Of a stretch of DNA of 29,912 nucleotides, positions 29,275-29,912 are shown in pieces. The stretch is from Candidatus Bathyarchaeota archaeon. Lineage in GTDB: Archaea; Thermoproteota; Bathyarchaeia; Bathyarchaeales; Bathycorpusculaceae. Each line of letters opens with the position of its first letter. Within the stretch, counting starts at the first letter, position 1. The DNA lies in the NCBI GenBank assembly GCA_963806535.1, contig CAWDYC010000001.1, forward strand, positions 1-29,912. The letters are read 5' to 3'. The notes beneath the pieces were generated by a model. That model had not been told where the DNA came from, did no database searches, and worked only from the letters and a program-made list of their open reading frames with translations. Made by a program: the position numbers and the translations under genes.

Positions 29275-29912
29275 TTAGCTATGTTCAACTGGCTCAAACT
29301 CCTTATGATGAATACCAACAACTTTATCCAAGAACCCCATCTTGACACCAGCTTCTTTCATCCTTCTCCACAAATTCCAATCGTCAGGCTCATTATACTT
29401 CCAAGCATTAACATCATACTTTAGGAAATTCAATCTCGAATGATATAGAACGCCCTGATGGCAAATATTCTGCACATGTCGAGCGGCCAACAACCACGAT
29501 TAACCCATTTGTCAGATGTTCAGTTTCCATCCGAACTTTACCATAAACCATTTCAAACCCGCCTTCAACTGCAAACGACAACAAGATTTCCAAATGATCA
29601 ACGGTGAACTCGTCATCATCATCTAAAGGCGCAATCCAATAACCTGAGGCAAGTTCAAGACCTTTATTGCGAGGAATACTACCAGCAACCATCCATCGAT
29701 CAAAACTCTGTTTAGGATATTTTCCTCTTATTGGAAGATTAACAAACTTCACTCTATTGTCATCAATCTTCATGAACACGCTGCTCAGTATCATCAGTAC
29801 AGTGATCCCCAACGACAATCAATTCAAAATTCTTGTAGCTCTGAGCCAAAACCGAAGGAATGGCGACGTTCAGTCAAAAGCTTACTCCGATTATAAGTAG
29901 GAATAATCACTG
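29275..29912 (-). CDS. GT2 glycosyltransferase, 5'-partial, frameshifted
   Basis: VIIPTYNRS, NFELIVVGDHCTDDT, RNKGLELASGYWIAPLDDDD, DDWNLW. Confidence 0.88.

Noticed and set aside
1-29912. tRNA, rRNA or transposase genes
   Set aside because: No cloverleaf or T-loop pattern, rRNA-like segment or transposase motif was recognised by eye. A covariance search was not possible.

Overview
Archaeal DNA of low to moderate GC. The gene set (DUF996, TrmI, DUF1616, small archaeal membrane proteins, GGTGA/GAGGT ribosome-binding sites, TTG/GTG starts) suggests Bathyarchaeia, but that is an inference and not a database result. Many genes are split by single-base indels, increasingly so after ~16 kb. I treat most of these as probable long-read or low-coverage errors and give reconstructed gene extents with approximate ends. 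Layout: (1) 1-2.05 kb, a truncated tyrosine recombinase plus a MOA-type cysteine protease between two copies of a ~40-bp GC-rich repeat. (2) 2.2-10.6 kb, housekeeping-like genes: DUF996, a divergent PadR pair, a kinase fusion, trmI, a radical SAM protein and a membrane hydrolase. (3) 10.6-13.4 kb, a duplicated membrane-protein gene, a RelE-type toxin-antitoxin pair, a 10-bp-phased repeat array and three copies of a ~55-nt covarying hairpin. (4) 12.8-19.3 kb, three exported proteins sharing one beta-rich domain, with DUF1616, a membrane-anchored helical protein and a wHTH regulator. (5) 19.5-29.9 kb, a surface-glycan cluster: flippase, RmlD, acyltransferases, GT2s, a pyruvyltransferase and two radical SAM enzymes, one a TRAM-less methylthiotransferase-like protein. 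The best candidate for an undescribed system is a TasA/bundling-pilus-like fibre (shaft, lectin tip, anchor) coupled to a modified exopolysaccharide. All family calls come from reading motifs by eye.
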